From positions 32,001 through 96,000 of the forward strand of contig JAZDJQ010000018.1 of the NCBI GenBank assembly GCA_043803765.1: 64,000 nucleotides of DNA, read 5' to 3'. The notes below the pieces were generated by a model, which had not been told where the DNA came from, searched no databases, and saw nothing but the letters and a program-made list of their open reading frames with translations. The translations under genes and the position numbers were made by a program. This document shows, in pieces, positions 20,300-30,104 of this stretch. Every line of letters starts with the position of its first letter. The stretch's first letter is position 1. The stretch is from Candidatus Iainarchaeum sp. (GTDB lineage Archaea > Iainarchaeota > Iainarchaeia > Iainarchaeales > VGJJ01).

Positions 20300-21406
20300 A
20301 TGTGCAACATGACGAATGCACCCATTGACCCGTGGGGAGACACCCTCATCGAGGACTATTCCAGTGTTGCCCGACAATTTGGATTAGAAAAATTTGATGA
20401 AAAACTATTTCCAAAACCAAACCGGCTCATGCGACGCGGAATCGTGTTCGCAGGAAGAGACTTGAAACGCATTGCAGAAAGCATCAAAGAAAAAAAACCA
20501 TTCTATTGCCTAACGGGAATAATGCCATCCTCTGAAAAAATCCATTTCGGAACAAAAGCAGTAGTGGAAAACATCGCGTATTTCCAACAGCACGGAGGAG
20601 AAACATTTGTGTTAGTAGCCGATTTGGAATCAGCTGCCGCACGAGGAGTAAGCGTGGAAGAAGGAAGAAAACGCGCAATGGAATTTCACATTCCAGCCTA
20701 CTTAGCATTAGGATTAGATATTAAAAAAACAAAGTTTTATTTTCAAAGCGAAAACCGCACCGTGACCAAACTCGCATTCGAAGCTGCACAAAAAATAACA
20801 CTCAATGAGTTCAAAGGAGTATATGGAAACGCCGAACCCGGACGAATCATGTCCGCGGTAACGCAAATAGGGGACATGCTCTACCCCCAAGAAAAATACG
20901 GAAAACCTATTCCTGGAATTATTCCAGTAGGAATCGACCAAGAACCGCACATCCGATTATGCAGGGATTATTTGCACAAAATCCAATCAACAAAAAGATT
21001 TATTCCCATTTCTTCACTTTACCATAAATTCCTACCCTCCATGGATGGAGGATTGAAGATGTCCAAATCCAACCCAAAAGGAAACATTTCCCTGCCCGAA
21101 GATAAAAAAATAGCCGAGAAAGTGATTCAATCCGCCTTCACAGGAGGACGCGCCACATTAGCCGAACAAAGGAAACTAGGAGCAATAATTGAGAAAGACA
21201 TGGTGTACGAATTGTTGAAACAACACCTCGTTGAAAGTGATAAGGAATTGAAAAAAATTCATGACGACTACAAGAGCGGAAAAATGCTCTCGGGGGAAAT
21301 AAAACAAATCGCAGTGGAAAAAATGAATGCATTTTTAGAAAAGTTTGACGCGGACGTAAAACATTATCGGAAACATATCAAAGATGTGGAATTTGTACAA
21401 TTCTAA
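20300..21406 (+). CDS. trpS: Tryptophanyl-tRNA synthetase
   Basis: IDPW, LMRRGIVFAGRD, TGIMPS..IHFG, PVGIDQEPH, KMSKS, AFTGGR. Confidence 0.95.
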   Translation: MCNMTNAPIDPWGDTLIEDYSSVARQFGLEKFDEKLFPKPNRLMRRGIVFAGRDLKRIAESIKEKKPFYCLTGIMPSSEKIHFGTKAVVENIAYFQQHGGETFVLVADLESAAARGVSVEEGRKRAMEFHIPAYLALGLDIKKTKFYFQSENRTVTKLAFEAAQKITLNEFKGVYGNAEPGRIMSAVTQIGDMLYPQEKYGKPIPGIIPVGIDQEPHIRLCRDYLHKIQSTKRFIPISSLYHKFLPSMDGGLKMSKSNPKGNISLPEDKKIAEKVIQSAFTGGRATLAEQRKLGAIIEKDMVYELLKQHLVESDKELKKIHDDYKSGKMLSGEIKQIAVEKMNAFLEKFDADVKHYRKHIKDVEFVQF

Positions 21407-21517
21407 AAGAAAAATGATTGTTCTTCAATTCAACTAAATATAGCGAACCGTTTTGATTTTTTAATTTTTCCCAGATGGTTTACCATATGCAAAAAACCCG
21501 TTGAATTTTTCACCCAC

Positions 21518-21904
21518 TCATGCTTTTGTTATAATTTCCACTGGAATACTTGTTTTTTCTTTTATGGAATCAACCCATTGTTGAAAATAAGACTGGTTAT
21601 CCGGCTGACGCAAACAAATCTTATCCACTTTTTTCATTTCGGCAATCTGCACTAATTTTTCAATCGTTTCCCCCCACTCTAAAATATCCGTGCAAAGCCT
21701 TTTGTTTCCCTTTATCTTTTCCTTCATACGCTCAACGAGTTCTCTCCCCCGCATGATTTCACTCGTTTTGAAACCAAAAGAAGAAAGAGAATGAGCATCC
21801 AGAACAAGCAATAGGTATACGACTGAAGCATCCTCCGTGGAATGATAAAGAAAAAAATCCGAACAATCATCCGGATGAAGAACAGGAATCAATACACGCG
21901 ACAT
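21518..21904 (-). CDS. Universal stress protein-like
   Basis: RVLIPV...LLLVLD...WGETIEKLVQIAE..KVDKI...IPVEII. Confidence 0.65.
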   Translation of the reverse strand: MSRVLIPVLHPDDCSDFFLYHSTEDASVVYLLLVLDAHSLSSFGFKTSEIMRGRELVERMKEKIKGNKRLCTDILEWGETIEKLVQIAEMKKVDKICLRQPDNQSYFQQWVDSIKEKTSIPVEIITKA

Positions 21905-21924
21905 AAGGAAACAACCGATTTTAG

Positions 21925-22668
21925 CTATCCAACAAAAGCAAATATGTTCTTTTGCTTCTCAATCACAACTCCGTCTTCTTTAGCAAACTCCAACACAATA
22001 CGGGAAAGAACAGGAGGAATATTCGTTTCACAAGAAATGCTAGCCAAATCCACTTTCTTATGACGCTGAATACAAGATAGTGTTATAGGAGTACTCTTCT
22101 GAAGAAGGCTATTCAACACAATATAATAAAATCCGTCAAATGATTTGATCCCTTTGATTTCCCCCGCCTTAATTCTATCCGCCAAATCATACGATGCCGC
22201 TTTTGCCGCTCCTTCCGTACGCAACACTTGAAAACCATCCCGAATAAGGGAATATTCTTCCACGGGCTTCTCAGGAATAAAAGAGTTTAACTCAACCGAA
22301 AGAATTGGACTCATTTTATCCGAAGTGGCAATCTGATATATTCCTTTATCAAAATGAGGACTAGACTTTTGAATCGTTATTTTTCCCTGAGAGCGCAACA
22401 CGTTAAACGCGGACAATTCTTCATTGGATAATAAACGCTCAAATCTTCCCTCAACCAAATCGGGAGTTTTGTGCGTCTGCATAAGACGAAGGACTTTGCC
22501 TTCCAACACACTTAATGAGGGCTCGACTAATGAAAGAGACCATTCTCCTTTTCCTTTGCATTGAATAGATAGTTCCCCACTCTCGGGCAATTGAACAGAA
22601 TGAAAATCCGCCTCGCTTAAATGAGAACGAAGCCATTCAATGGATAGACGGGGGGAAGGCATACACAC
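21925..22668 (-). CDS. Hypothetical protein with possible C-terminal wHTH
   Basis: Long ORF co-oriented with USP; C-terminal helix-turn-helix-like pattern. Confidence 0.6.
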   Translation of the reverse strand: MCMPSPRLSIEWLRSHLSEADFHSVQLPESGELSIQCKGKGEWSLSLVEPSLSVLEGKVLRLMQTHKTPDLVEGRFERLLSNEELSAFNVLRSQGKITIQKSSPHFDKGIYQIATSDKMSPILSVELNSFIPEKPVEEYSLIRDGFQVLRTEGAAKAASYDLADRIKAGEIKGIKSFDGFYYIVLNSLLQKSTPITLSCIQRHKKVDLASISCETNIPPVLSRIVLEFAKEDGVVIEKQKNIFAFVG

Positions 22669-22730
22669 TATACTGTTGCTACGTGTAAAGATTTAAGGGT
22701 AGTGCGAATAAAACACGCGTATAAATGAAT

Positions 22731-23016
22731 AAAGGCCAATGCAAAGCCACTTTTCTCAGGGGTTTTTACAAAGTAAAAAGGCCCATGCGATAGCAAATTT
22801 TCCCCGGGGTTTTTACGAAGTAAAAAGGCCGAAGTGAAACAACTTTTCCCCGGGGTTTTTATGAAATAAAAAGGCCGAAGCGAAGCATTCTTTTCCCCGG
22901 GATTTTTACGAAGTAAAAAGGCCGAAGCGAAGCAAATTTTCCCCCGGGGCTTTTTCCAACAGGAAAAAGGGCCGACGCGCAAGCTACTTTTCGCCGGCCT
23001 TTTTTAAAAGGCCGAA
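22731..23016. repeat. Tandem array of ~46-47-bp hairpin repeats (6 units plus a partial one)
   Basis: Units start at 22751, 22798, 22844, 22891, 22937, 22988; consensus TTTTCCCCGGGGTTTTTACGAAGTAAAAAGGCCGAAGCGAAGCAAA. Confidence 0.92.
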
Positions 23017-23769
23017 TTACAACTCTCCCATCTTGTGAACAATCAACCCTTCTTTGGAAAAAACCATCTCCGCTACTCCATTATAATGACCTGTTCCCCT
23101 CATTTTGAGTATTTCCAACTGATGCCTTCTCACACGCTGACCGGTCTCATTCTCATTCTGGGAATAGGAAAATTGGATAATCCCATCCGTTAGAAAACCA
23201 ATTTCACCTGCACGAACATCAACGATTCCAGCGAGCTGCTCGGCAATAATCAAACTCGTACAACCCCAACGGACGAGCATTTCAAAAAACAATAATAATG
23301 CTTCCCGCTGTTTGTAGTCATCACGAAATAACAACCCATACGCCGTAATCGAATCAATCACCAAGCGTTTGGCACCAATCTCCGTAATCGTATCACGAAC
23401 CGTACCACCGCCTTCCTCTAACAACTTATTCACCTGATGCGCTTTGTAAAACAAGTGACGAGAAAGATTTTTTTTCTCCAAATCATAAAAATCCCACCCA
23501 AAATTAAGGCAGTGAGAATAAATACTATCCTTGCTTTCAGCAAAACTCAAGTAAACACCCGGTTCGTTCCATTTTACCGCACCATTATACAAGAATTGCA
23601 TGGCAAAAGTCGTTTTCCCCGTTCCGGCATAACCGGCAAGCAACGTATTTGTTTTCTCCTCAAAACCACTGTCAATCAATTCATCAAAGCCCGGAATACC
23701 CGTAGGAACACGCTTGACAGTAGGACGACCCTGCACAATAGAAGTGGGAATATTCACCATGTCCGGCAT
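23017..23769 (-). CDS. KaiC/RAD55-like RecA-superfamily ATPase (single domain)
   Basis: PTGIPGFD, GYAGTGKT, LVIDS, ILKMRGT. Confidence 0.9.
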   Translation of the reverse strand: MPDMVNIPTSIVQGRPTVKRVPTGIPGFDELIDSGFEEKTNTLLAGYAGTGKTTFAMQFLYNGAVKWNEPGVYLSFAESKDSIYSHCLNFGWDFYDLEKKNLSRHLFYKAHQVNKLLEEGGGTVRDTITEIGAKRLVIDSITAYGLLFRDDYKQREALLLFFEMLVRWGCTSLIIAEQLAGIVDVRAGEIGFLTDGIIQFSYSQNENETGQRVRRHQLEILKMRGTGHYNGVAEMVFSKEGLIVHKMGEL

Positions 23770-23868
23770 ACGGAAAAGAAAAGAAGGCAACGTATATAAG
23801 CGATTACCCCCGCTCAACGGCGACAGGGTTCCGCGCGCCTTAAATGGATTCTCCACCCCATCACCGCC

Positions 23869-25791
23869 ATGCTGCCATCATCCATTCCATTTCGATACGC
23901 ACAACCGAGAGAAGGACAAGAAAAAATGATAATGGATGCGCAACGCGCATTCCAAAAAGGAAAAATATTCCTCGCCCACGCCGAAACAGGACTGGGAAAA
24001 ACAGACGCAAGCCTAAGCGCGGCACTATCCGTTGCACTCTCAACGAGCACAAAAAAAACAATCATCTTTCTCACCCCAAAAAACGCACAACATGCGATTG
24101 CACTTGAAACACTTAAGGAGATTAACCAAAAATTCGGACTCAATATCCGAGCCGTTGACTTAGTGGGAAAAAAACACACCTGTTTAGAAGAAACTGTTTC
24201 CCAAAAAGAAGGAAGAGCATTTTATGAAGGATGCAAAAGACGCAAGGAAAGGGAAGCGTGCACGTTCTACAAAAATGTAAGAGGACACAATCCATTACAG
24301 CGAGAAAAAGCAAAAATTTTTAGAGAGGCATTCATGGAACAAAACAAAAAAATACATACTGCCATGGAAATAAAAGAAAACGCGGCCCGATTTGCCATCG
24401 AAGGAATCGAAACAAGCCTATGCCCCTACGAAATAAGCATGGACATGGCCAAAAAAGCCGATGTGATTGTGGCAGACTATTACCACATCTTTTCTCCCAG
24501 CGTGTCCGAACTTGTTCTTCCAAAACTAGGAAAAAAACCAGAAAATTGCATTCTTATTATAGATGAAGCACACAATCTCCCGGATAGAGTAAGAGGACTC
24601 ATGAGCACGTCACTCAACACTAAACAATTACAAAAAGCACAAGACGAAGCACATTACTTGAAAAACGAAGAATTGGAAACATTCCTATTCAAAGCAGAAA
24701 AAAACATTGAAAAAGAAACAAAAAAAATACTCAAAAAAGAAAAACTACTCACCCAAGAGGAATGGAAAAAAATCCTCTCCGAAAAAGAAGAAAACTGGGA
24801 AGACATTGGATTATGGTGCCAAACAGAAGGAGTACGCTATTTAGAAAAAAGCGGAAAAGAAAACGCAGCACTCATCGCATTGGGAGAATTCTTCGAAAAA
24901 TGGGAACAAGACGGAACAGGATACGCACGAATACTCAAAAAATGGGACAATGAAATAGATAGCTCTCTCATGCTGCGAGCACTCGACCCATCCCCTTTAA
25001 CACAAACTATTCTGGGAAAAATGCACTCCGCATTACTCATGTCCGGAACACTCTATCCATTACCAATGTATGCGGACATATTAGGCATTCCCAACGAGAG
25101 AGTCGAAATGGAGTTTTACGCATCCCCGTTCCCAAAAGAAAACAGATTGAATCTCATCTCAACAAAATATACAACCAAATTTACTGAAAGAAATGAAATG
25201 CAATACATTCTCATGGCAGAAGAATTAGGAAAAATAGTCAACCAAATACCCGGAAATACCGTGGTATATTTTCCATCATTCACCATGCTAGACAACATCG
25301 GAAGAAAAATGCGCGATACAACCTTACGACAAATGCTATTTCAAAAAGAAAACATGCGAATGCATGATACACAAAAACTCATTGGAGAATTCAGACAACA
25401 CTCCCGTGGATTCGGAAGCGTCTTACTCGCATGCACCAGCGGAAGCATGGCAGAAGGACTCGATTTCCCAGGAAACGAACTATTAGGCGTTATCATCGTA
25501 GGCGTTCCACTCGCCGAAATGAACGTGGAGACGCAAGCACTTATTGATTACTACGAAAAACGATTCAACAAAGGATGGGAATACGGATACATTTTCCCCG
25601 CCATGGGAAAAGCAGTACAAGCCGCCGGACGACTCATCCGGACACCAACCGATGCCGGAATAGTCGTATTCATGGACAAACGATACACATGGAATAACTA
25701 CAAAGGATGTCTGCCCCCAACCCAAGAATACCACCCCACGAACGAACCCTCCATAAAAGTGAAGGAATTCTGGCAGGGAAAGAAAGGATAA
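23869..25791 (+). CDS. XPD/Rad3/DinG-family Fe-S helicase
   Basis: AETGLGKT, four Cys (HTC, EGC, ACTFY, CPYE), DEAHN, SGT, EGLDF, QAAGRLIR. Confidence 0.92.
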   Translation: MLPSSIPFRYAQPREGQEKMIMDAQRAFQKGKIFLAHAETGLGKTDASLSAALSVALSTSTKKTIIFLTPKNAQHAIALETLKEINQKFGLNIRAVDLVGKKHTCLEETVSQKEGRAFYEGCKRRKEREACTFYKNVRGHNPLQREKAKIFREAFMEQNKKIHTAMEIKENAARFAIEGIETSLCPYEISMDMAKKADVIVADYYHIFSPSVSELVLPKLGKKPENCILIIDEAHNLPDRVRGLMSTSLNTKQLQKAQDEAHYLKNEELETFLFKAEKNIEKETKKILKKEKLLTQEEWKKILSEKEENWEDIGLWCQTEGVRYLEKSGKENAALIALGEFFEKWEQDGTGYARILKKWDNEIDSSLMLRALDPSPLTQTILGKMHSALLMSGTLYPLPMYADILGIPNERVEMEFYASPFPKENRLNLISTKYTTKFTERNEMQYILMAEELGKIVNQIPGNTVVYFPSFTMLDNIGRKMRDTTLRQMLFQKENMRMHDTQKLIGEFRQHSRGFGSVLLACTSGSMAEGLDFPGNELLGVIIVGVPLAEMNVETQALIDYYEKRFNKGWEYGYIFPAMGKAVQAAGRLIRTPTDAGIVVFMDKRYTWNNYKGCLPPTQEYHPTNEPSIKVKEFWQGKKG

Positions 25792-25852
25792 ACCAACCCG
25801 TTTATATTCTATGACTAACGTATTTAACATATAATCGATTTGGTGGTAGTTA

Positions 25853-27118
25853 GTGCCGACAATCAAACAAGCATTGCAGGATTTTAACCCATGGTGGGAA
25901 CGACCAATAAGTGTAGGATTTAGCGAACGCACTATTTACCAAAAAATAAAGCAGTATATCCCCCTCCCCCCTATCATCGCATTTACGGGCCTCCGAAGGG
26001 TTGGAAAAACAACACTGCTCCTAAAAATAGCCGCCGACCGGATTGCCCAAACAAAAAAACCGATGGAGGTGGTATATTTTTCCTTTGATGAATTCAAAAA
26101 CATCGAATTACGGGAGATATTAAACGCATTCGAGGAAATTACCGATCAAAACCTATCTACTGGAAACTATTTAGTGCTTTTCGATGAAATCCAAAAAGCG
26201 AAAAATTGGGAAGAACAACTCAAAACACTCTATGACGTGTTTGGAAAAAATACCAAATTCATCATCTCGGGATCCGAATCACTGTTCATCCACCAAAAAA
26301 CAAAACAGGTTCTCGCTGGAAGAATATTCGAATTCATCATCAAACCATTAAGCTTTTCCGAATATATCACATTCAGGGGAGAAAACATAAAACCCATCGG
26401 GCTCCACGAAAAGAAAATCCAAAGACTATTCGAAGAGTATATCCAGACACAGGGATTTCCAGAACTCGTTCCAATCAAAGAAAAAGAAATCATCCAAAAA
26501 TACCTAAAGGAAAGCATTGCCGATAAAATAATCTATCAAGACATCCCGGGACTGTTTCCAATCAAAAATCCAACCATCATCGAAACACTACTGCACCTGC
26601 TAATGGACGAACCCGGACAACTCATTGACCTTGCAGGATTATCCAGCCAGCTAGCCATCAGCAGACAAACACTCTCAACTTATTTGAATTACCTCGAAAA
26701 ATCATTTCTCCTTCAAAAACTGTACAACTTTTCCCCCAACGCCCGAAAAAGCCAACGAAAACTCAAAAAATATTATCCAACCATCCTATCTTCTCGCCTG
26801 ACTTTCGAACCCGACTCAACCATCCAATCCATTGTTTTTGAATGGATCATGGTACGAGAACTGAATGCCGAATTTTTCTGGAGAGACCCCTATCAAAATG
26901 AGGTGGATATTGTCCTGAGACCAAAAAACCCCATCGAAATAAAATATGGGAAAATAGAAACAAAAGGAATCATCGCATTCATGGAAAAATTCAAAACCAA
27001 TGAAGGAACCATCCTCACCCACCGAATAGAAGAAAGAAAAAAAATAAAAGAAAAAACCATCCACCTCCTGCCCGGCTACAAAAAACTCCTACAAAACGAA
27101 CCCCAATCCAACCCCTGA
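25853..27118 (+). CDS. AAA+ ATPase (AAA_14 + DUF4143 type)
   Basis: NPWW, GLRRVGKTT, FDEIQ, SGS, GFPE, EVDIV...IEIK C-terminal nuclease-like motif. Confidence 0.88.
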   Translation: MPTIKQALQDFNPWWERPISVGFSERTIYQKIKQYIPLPPIIAFTGLRRVGKTTLLLKIAADRIAQTKKPMEVVYFSFDEFKNIELREILNAFEEITDQNLSTGNYLVLFDEIQKAKNWEEQLKTLYDVFGKNTKFIISGSESLFIHQKTKQVLAGRIFEFIIKPLSFSEYITFRGENIKPIGLHEKKIQRLFEEYIQTQGFPELVPIKEKEIIQKYLKESIADKIIYQDIPGLFPIKNPTIIETLLHLLMDEPGQLIDLAGLSSQLAISRQTLSTYLNYLEKSFLLQKLYNFSPNARKSQRKLKKYYPTILSSRLTFEPDSTIQSIVFEWIMVRELNAEFFWRDPYQNEVDIVLRPKNPIEIKYGKIETKGIIAFMEKFKTNEGTILTHRIEERKKIKEKTIHLLPGYKKLLQNEPQSNP

Positions 27119-27129
27119 CTAAAACCAAC

Positions 27130-27260
27130 CCATTTTGACAAAAAGCATTTGCGGGAGAAAACCACAAATTCCCACCCGCCAACACAAAACTACCCGAAAG
27201 GAAAAGAAACCATCCCCCCCAAAAATCAAAGGAATTCTGGAAAAAAAAGGAAACACAACG
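27130..27260 (+). pseudogene. Decayed duplicate of the XPD 3' end
   Basis: gac aaa ... ccg cca aca caa aac tac ... aaggaattctgg matches XPD DK...PPTQEY...KEFW with the same D-to-PP spacing. Confidence 0.55.
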
Positions 27261-27317
27261 CACTACCAAGACCGAGCCAGACCAAAGTATATAAAGGGAC
27301 AGAAATAAGAGAAATAC

Positions 27318-28427
27318 ATGGAACGATGGATTGCATTTGGATTTCTCCTCATACTAGCCGGAGCCGCATTCCTTCACGGGGGGAGTGTTTTTGCCCAGCA
27401 ACTACCTACGAGTGCGCCATCAACTGCCGACGAATGCGTGGTAAAAAACCCCATAACTATTACTATGACAGACGGTCAATACAATATGAGTAATGGAAAG
27501 CCCGTTGCAATTACTCAACTACTCACTACCCCCATACTCCCAAGCGATTTTTTTCCGCGTTCCATTATTTTCGAGCAAGATGGCGTCCAAAAATACTTGC
27601 TCAATATTCAAAAGTTCTCTAATGAAGATAATTCCTTTACTGACGATGAGGTCACTATCCACTCCACCTTATGCTACAACAATAATGGGGTATACACAAA
27701 CTATTGGCCAGAACAGGTTGCGATAGCGAATGATGACGGAGCGGAGTTGGATACACAAAAGAGCAGTGCTGGAAAAATAGACAACATAGAGGTCGATTTA
27801 GACAGTACCGAATCAGAGTTATATATACGCTTCGAGAGTAGTGTTCAAGAGTCGGTTACTATCTATTTTTATTTTACTGAAAGTGCGAATATCTTCAGTA
27901 TAACCTCATTGGCATTTGCGCCAGGTAAGATTTCCGGCCAGACCGTCCTGCGTGCCGAACTAACCGAGGAAACGATTAGTGCGCTGAAGAAAAAAATTCC
28001 CTCATTTAACGGAAAGAGTCAAATGGAAATCACAGGATCGATCACTTTCACGCTCCAAAAGAAAAATTCAAGTGAGGATCCCATCGTATTCACTGTGGCG
28101 ATGAATGGAGAAGGCGCACTAGCAGGCGCAATACCTCCTCGGAGCTACTACAAATGGGATAATCTCACCGCAGGAAATTACCTAGGCACATTCGCCTTTA
28201 ATATAAACGTACCCAATGGCCCGTGGGAGGACATCAGAAAGGATATCACGCTGACTGAAGAGAATCTGTCCTCAACGGATTCAGCGAGGGTAGTGGCTGG
28301 TGATATCTTTCCCCTTTCATTTGGAATTGCTGATATCAAAACGGACGCCTGTATGAAGTGCGAAACAATCCTTTCCTGCCTCGCATGCGTGGATCACACG
28401 ATTGTTTCCCGCTATGACGGCGGATAA
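27318..28427 (+). CDS. Secreted hypothetical protein
   Basis: Signal peptide; beta-rich; C-terminal CMKCETILSCLAC. Confidence 0.75.
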   Translation: MERWIAFGFLLILAGAAFLHGGSVFAQQLPTSAPSTADECVVKNPITITMTDGQYNMSNGKPVAITQLLTTPILPSDFFPRSIIFEQDGVQKYLLNIQKFSNEDNSFTDDEVTIHSTLCYNNNGVYTNYWPEQVAIANDDGAELDTQKSSAGKIDNIEVDLDSTESELYIRFESSVQESVTIYFYFTESANIFSITSLAFAPGKISGQTVLRAELTEETISALKKKIPSFNGKSQMEITGSITFTLQKKNSSEDPIVFTVAMNGEGALAGAIPPRSYYKWDNLTAGNYLGTFAFNINVPNGPWEDIRKDITLTEENLSSTDSARVVAGDIFPLSFGIADIKTDACMKCETILSCLACVDHTIVSRYDGG

Positions 28428-28432
28428 TAGTG

Positions 28433-30070
28433 TTATTTAGTAGAGGGAACCGGTAATAGATTTTCTTTTTTCTTCTCTTTCTTTTCTTCTTTGACGTTCT
28501 TCGGGCTAATGGTTTTGGGAAGGACGTCTTGCACTTTTTTTCGTGCCCGGCTGGAAAAAATAAGAAGTAATGCGATGATGAATAGTATTCCCAAAATAAT
28601 ACTGGAAGCCGCCCCTACAACAAAACCCGTTGCCGATGCGATAAAACCAGGGGATGGACTCGTTGTAAGTAGTTGAGTGTGAACGGGAATTCCATCCGAA
28701 TACACGTCCACGGTAACAGTCCCTTTGGCATCGGATGGAAGAGAAACCCATTTTCCCGTAATATCGATTGATTCCCCTGCTCCTAATGAAAAATGTTCCT
28801 GTGTGAATGAAATACTCCATCCTGCTGGCAAGTCAAGAGGAATAAAGGTGATATTCTCCCATGAATGGGTAGTATTGTTGAACAGAATGAATGAAAAATC
28901 CCGTGATTCCAATGGAGCCGTTGAAATGGGAGTAGTGGGGGTCGTTGTTTCAATGAGGATGGATATTTTTTCATCAATAGACGAGGAGAGAATAAACACC
29001 GTTTCCTCACGAAAACCAGTAGTATCATCGGAGTGGAACTGAATGGGAACGCGCACAATCGTATGAGAGGGAATGTGCACGTTATGGGAAGGAATTCCAA
29101 CTAATGAAGAGCTGGCTTCTAGAATAACATCCTCATCCTGCAACTCCGTGTTTTCAATCGTGAGAAAAGTGGAAAAAGTGTTCCCTTTCACAATGGAAAT
29201 GGAGTGATAGGGAATGGAAACATTCACATTCGATACGCGTTCAATGGAAAGATTGATTGTTCCAAGATATGTTTTTTGCCCCGTAGCCAAATCATATGCC
29301 TCAAACGAAACAGGGTAATTGCCAAAAGGCATTTTTTTGGAAACCGTGAATTCGATTGTAGAGAAAACGGTTTCTCCACTCTCAACAAAGCGATGCGTAT
29401 CGTTGGCAATGTGAACGCTTACCCCGGGAACCTGCTCTTGTAAGCGAATAAGATAATCCGTAATCGAACCATTATTCTGGAAAGAAACCGACATTGTTTC
29501 TTTCCCTTCACGAGGAAGAGAAATAGTGGAAGTGGAAAGAAACACATTGGAAAGAAACGGAGATAATGTGGAATAGGAAGTAGTAGCGTACTCAAAATGG
29601 GATTTTTTTCCTATGTGAATAAGCAGTGGAATGGATTGGGAGAAAGACTGATTGTCCAAGAATGTGCTCACCGTTATTGTGGCATAATAGTCTCCCTGTT
29701 CCATATGGGGAGACGCACGCACGGTGAAAGGACGGCTCATGGAAATGGGAGTAGAAAAGGATTCTAACTGCCCATCAATCGTAATACCGGAAGGAGAAGT
29801 CGTTTCAAATGAAATACTCGCAGGAGTTGAAAGTATTCCGTCAAAATAGATGGAAATTGTTCCTGAAACACTTGTTCCGGGCTGCAATCCTACTTCCGAA
29901 GGAGTAATCACTGCCTGCACCGGAACATACGCATGAACTTGCGTGGCAAAAACCACAATAAATAATCCAACAAAAATAAGGAAGAAACGAATAGGGTTGC
30001 ACAAAATAGGTGTTACTACCTTATTGTTCGCCCAAGAACGATTTTTTGAAACAGGCCATTTTGCCGTCAT
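28433..30070 (-). CDS. Ig-like repeat cell-surface protein, C-terminal TM anchor
   Basis: Signal peptide, S/T-rich beta modules (LPAGWS..F, GES), ATGF motif + TM + basic tail. Confidence 0.75.
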   Translation of the reverse strand: MTAKWPVSKNRSWANNKVVTPILCNPIRFFLIFVGLFIVVFATQVHAYVPVQAVITPSEVGLQPGTSVSGTISIYFDGILSTPASISFETTSPSGITIDGQLESFSTPISMSRPFTVRASPHMEQGDYYATITVSTFLDNQSFSQSIPLLIHIGKKSHFEYATTSYSTLSPFLSNVFLSTSTISLPREGKETMSVSFQNNGSITDYLIRLQEQVPGVSVHIANDTHRFVESGETVFSTIEFTVSKKMPFGNYPVSFEAYDLATGQKTYLGTINLSIERVSNVNVSIPYHSISIVKGNTFSTFLTIENTELQDEDVILEASSSLVGIPSHNVHIPSHTIVRVPIQFHSDDTTGFREETVFILSSSIDEKISILIETTTPTTPISTAPLESRDFSFILFNNTTHSWENITFIPLDLPAGWSISFTQEHFSLGAGESIDITGKWVSLPSDAKGTVTVDVYSDGIPVHTQLLTTSPSPGFIASATGFVVGAASSIILGILFIIALLLIFSSRARKKVQDVLPKTISPKNVKEEKKEKKKENLLPVPSTK

Positions 30071-30104
30071 GTTGCTGATTGCTCCTTTTTTTATCGTATG
30101 CGCC

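Noticed and set aside
22668-22982. 104-aa repetitive ORF
   Set aside because: Translation of the DNA repeat; conservation follows hairpin pairing, not codons
22731-23016. CRISPR array
   Set aside because: Inter-repeat segments are only ~13 bp and similar to each other, repeats vary, and there are no cas genes in the window
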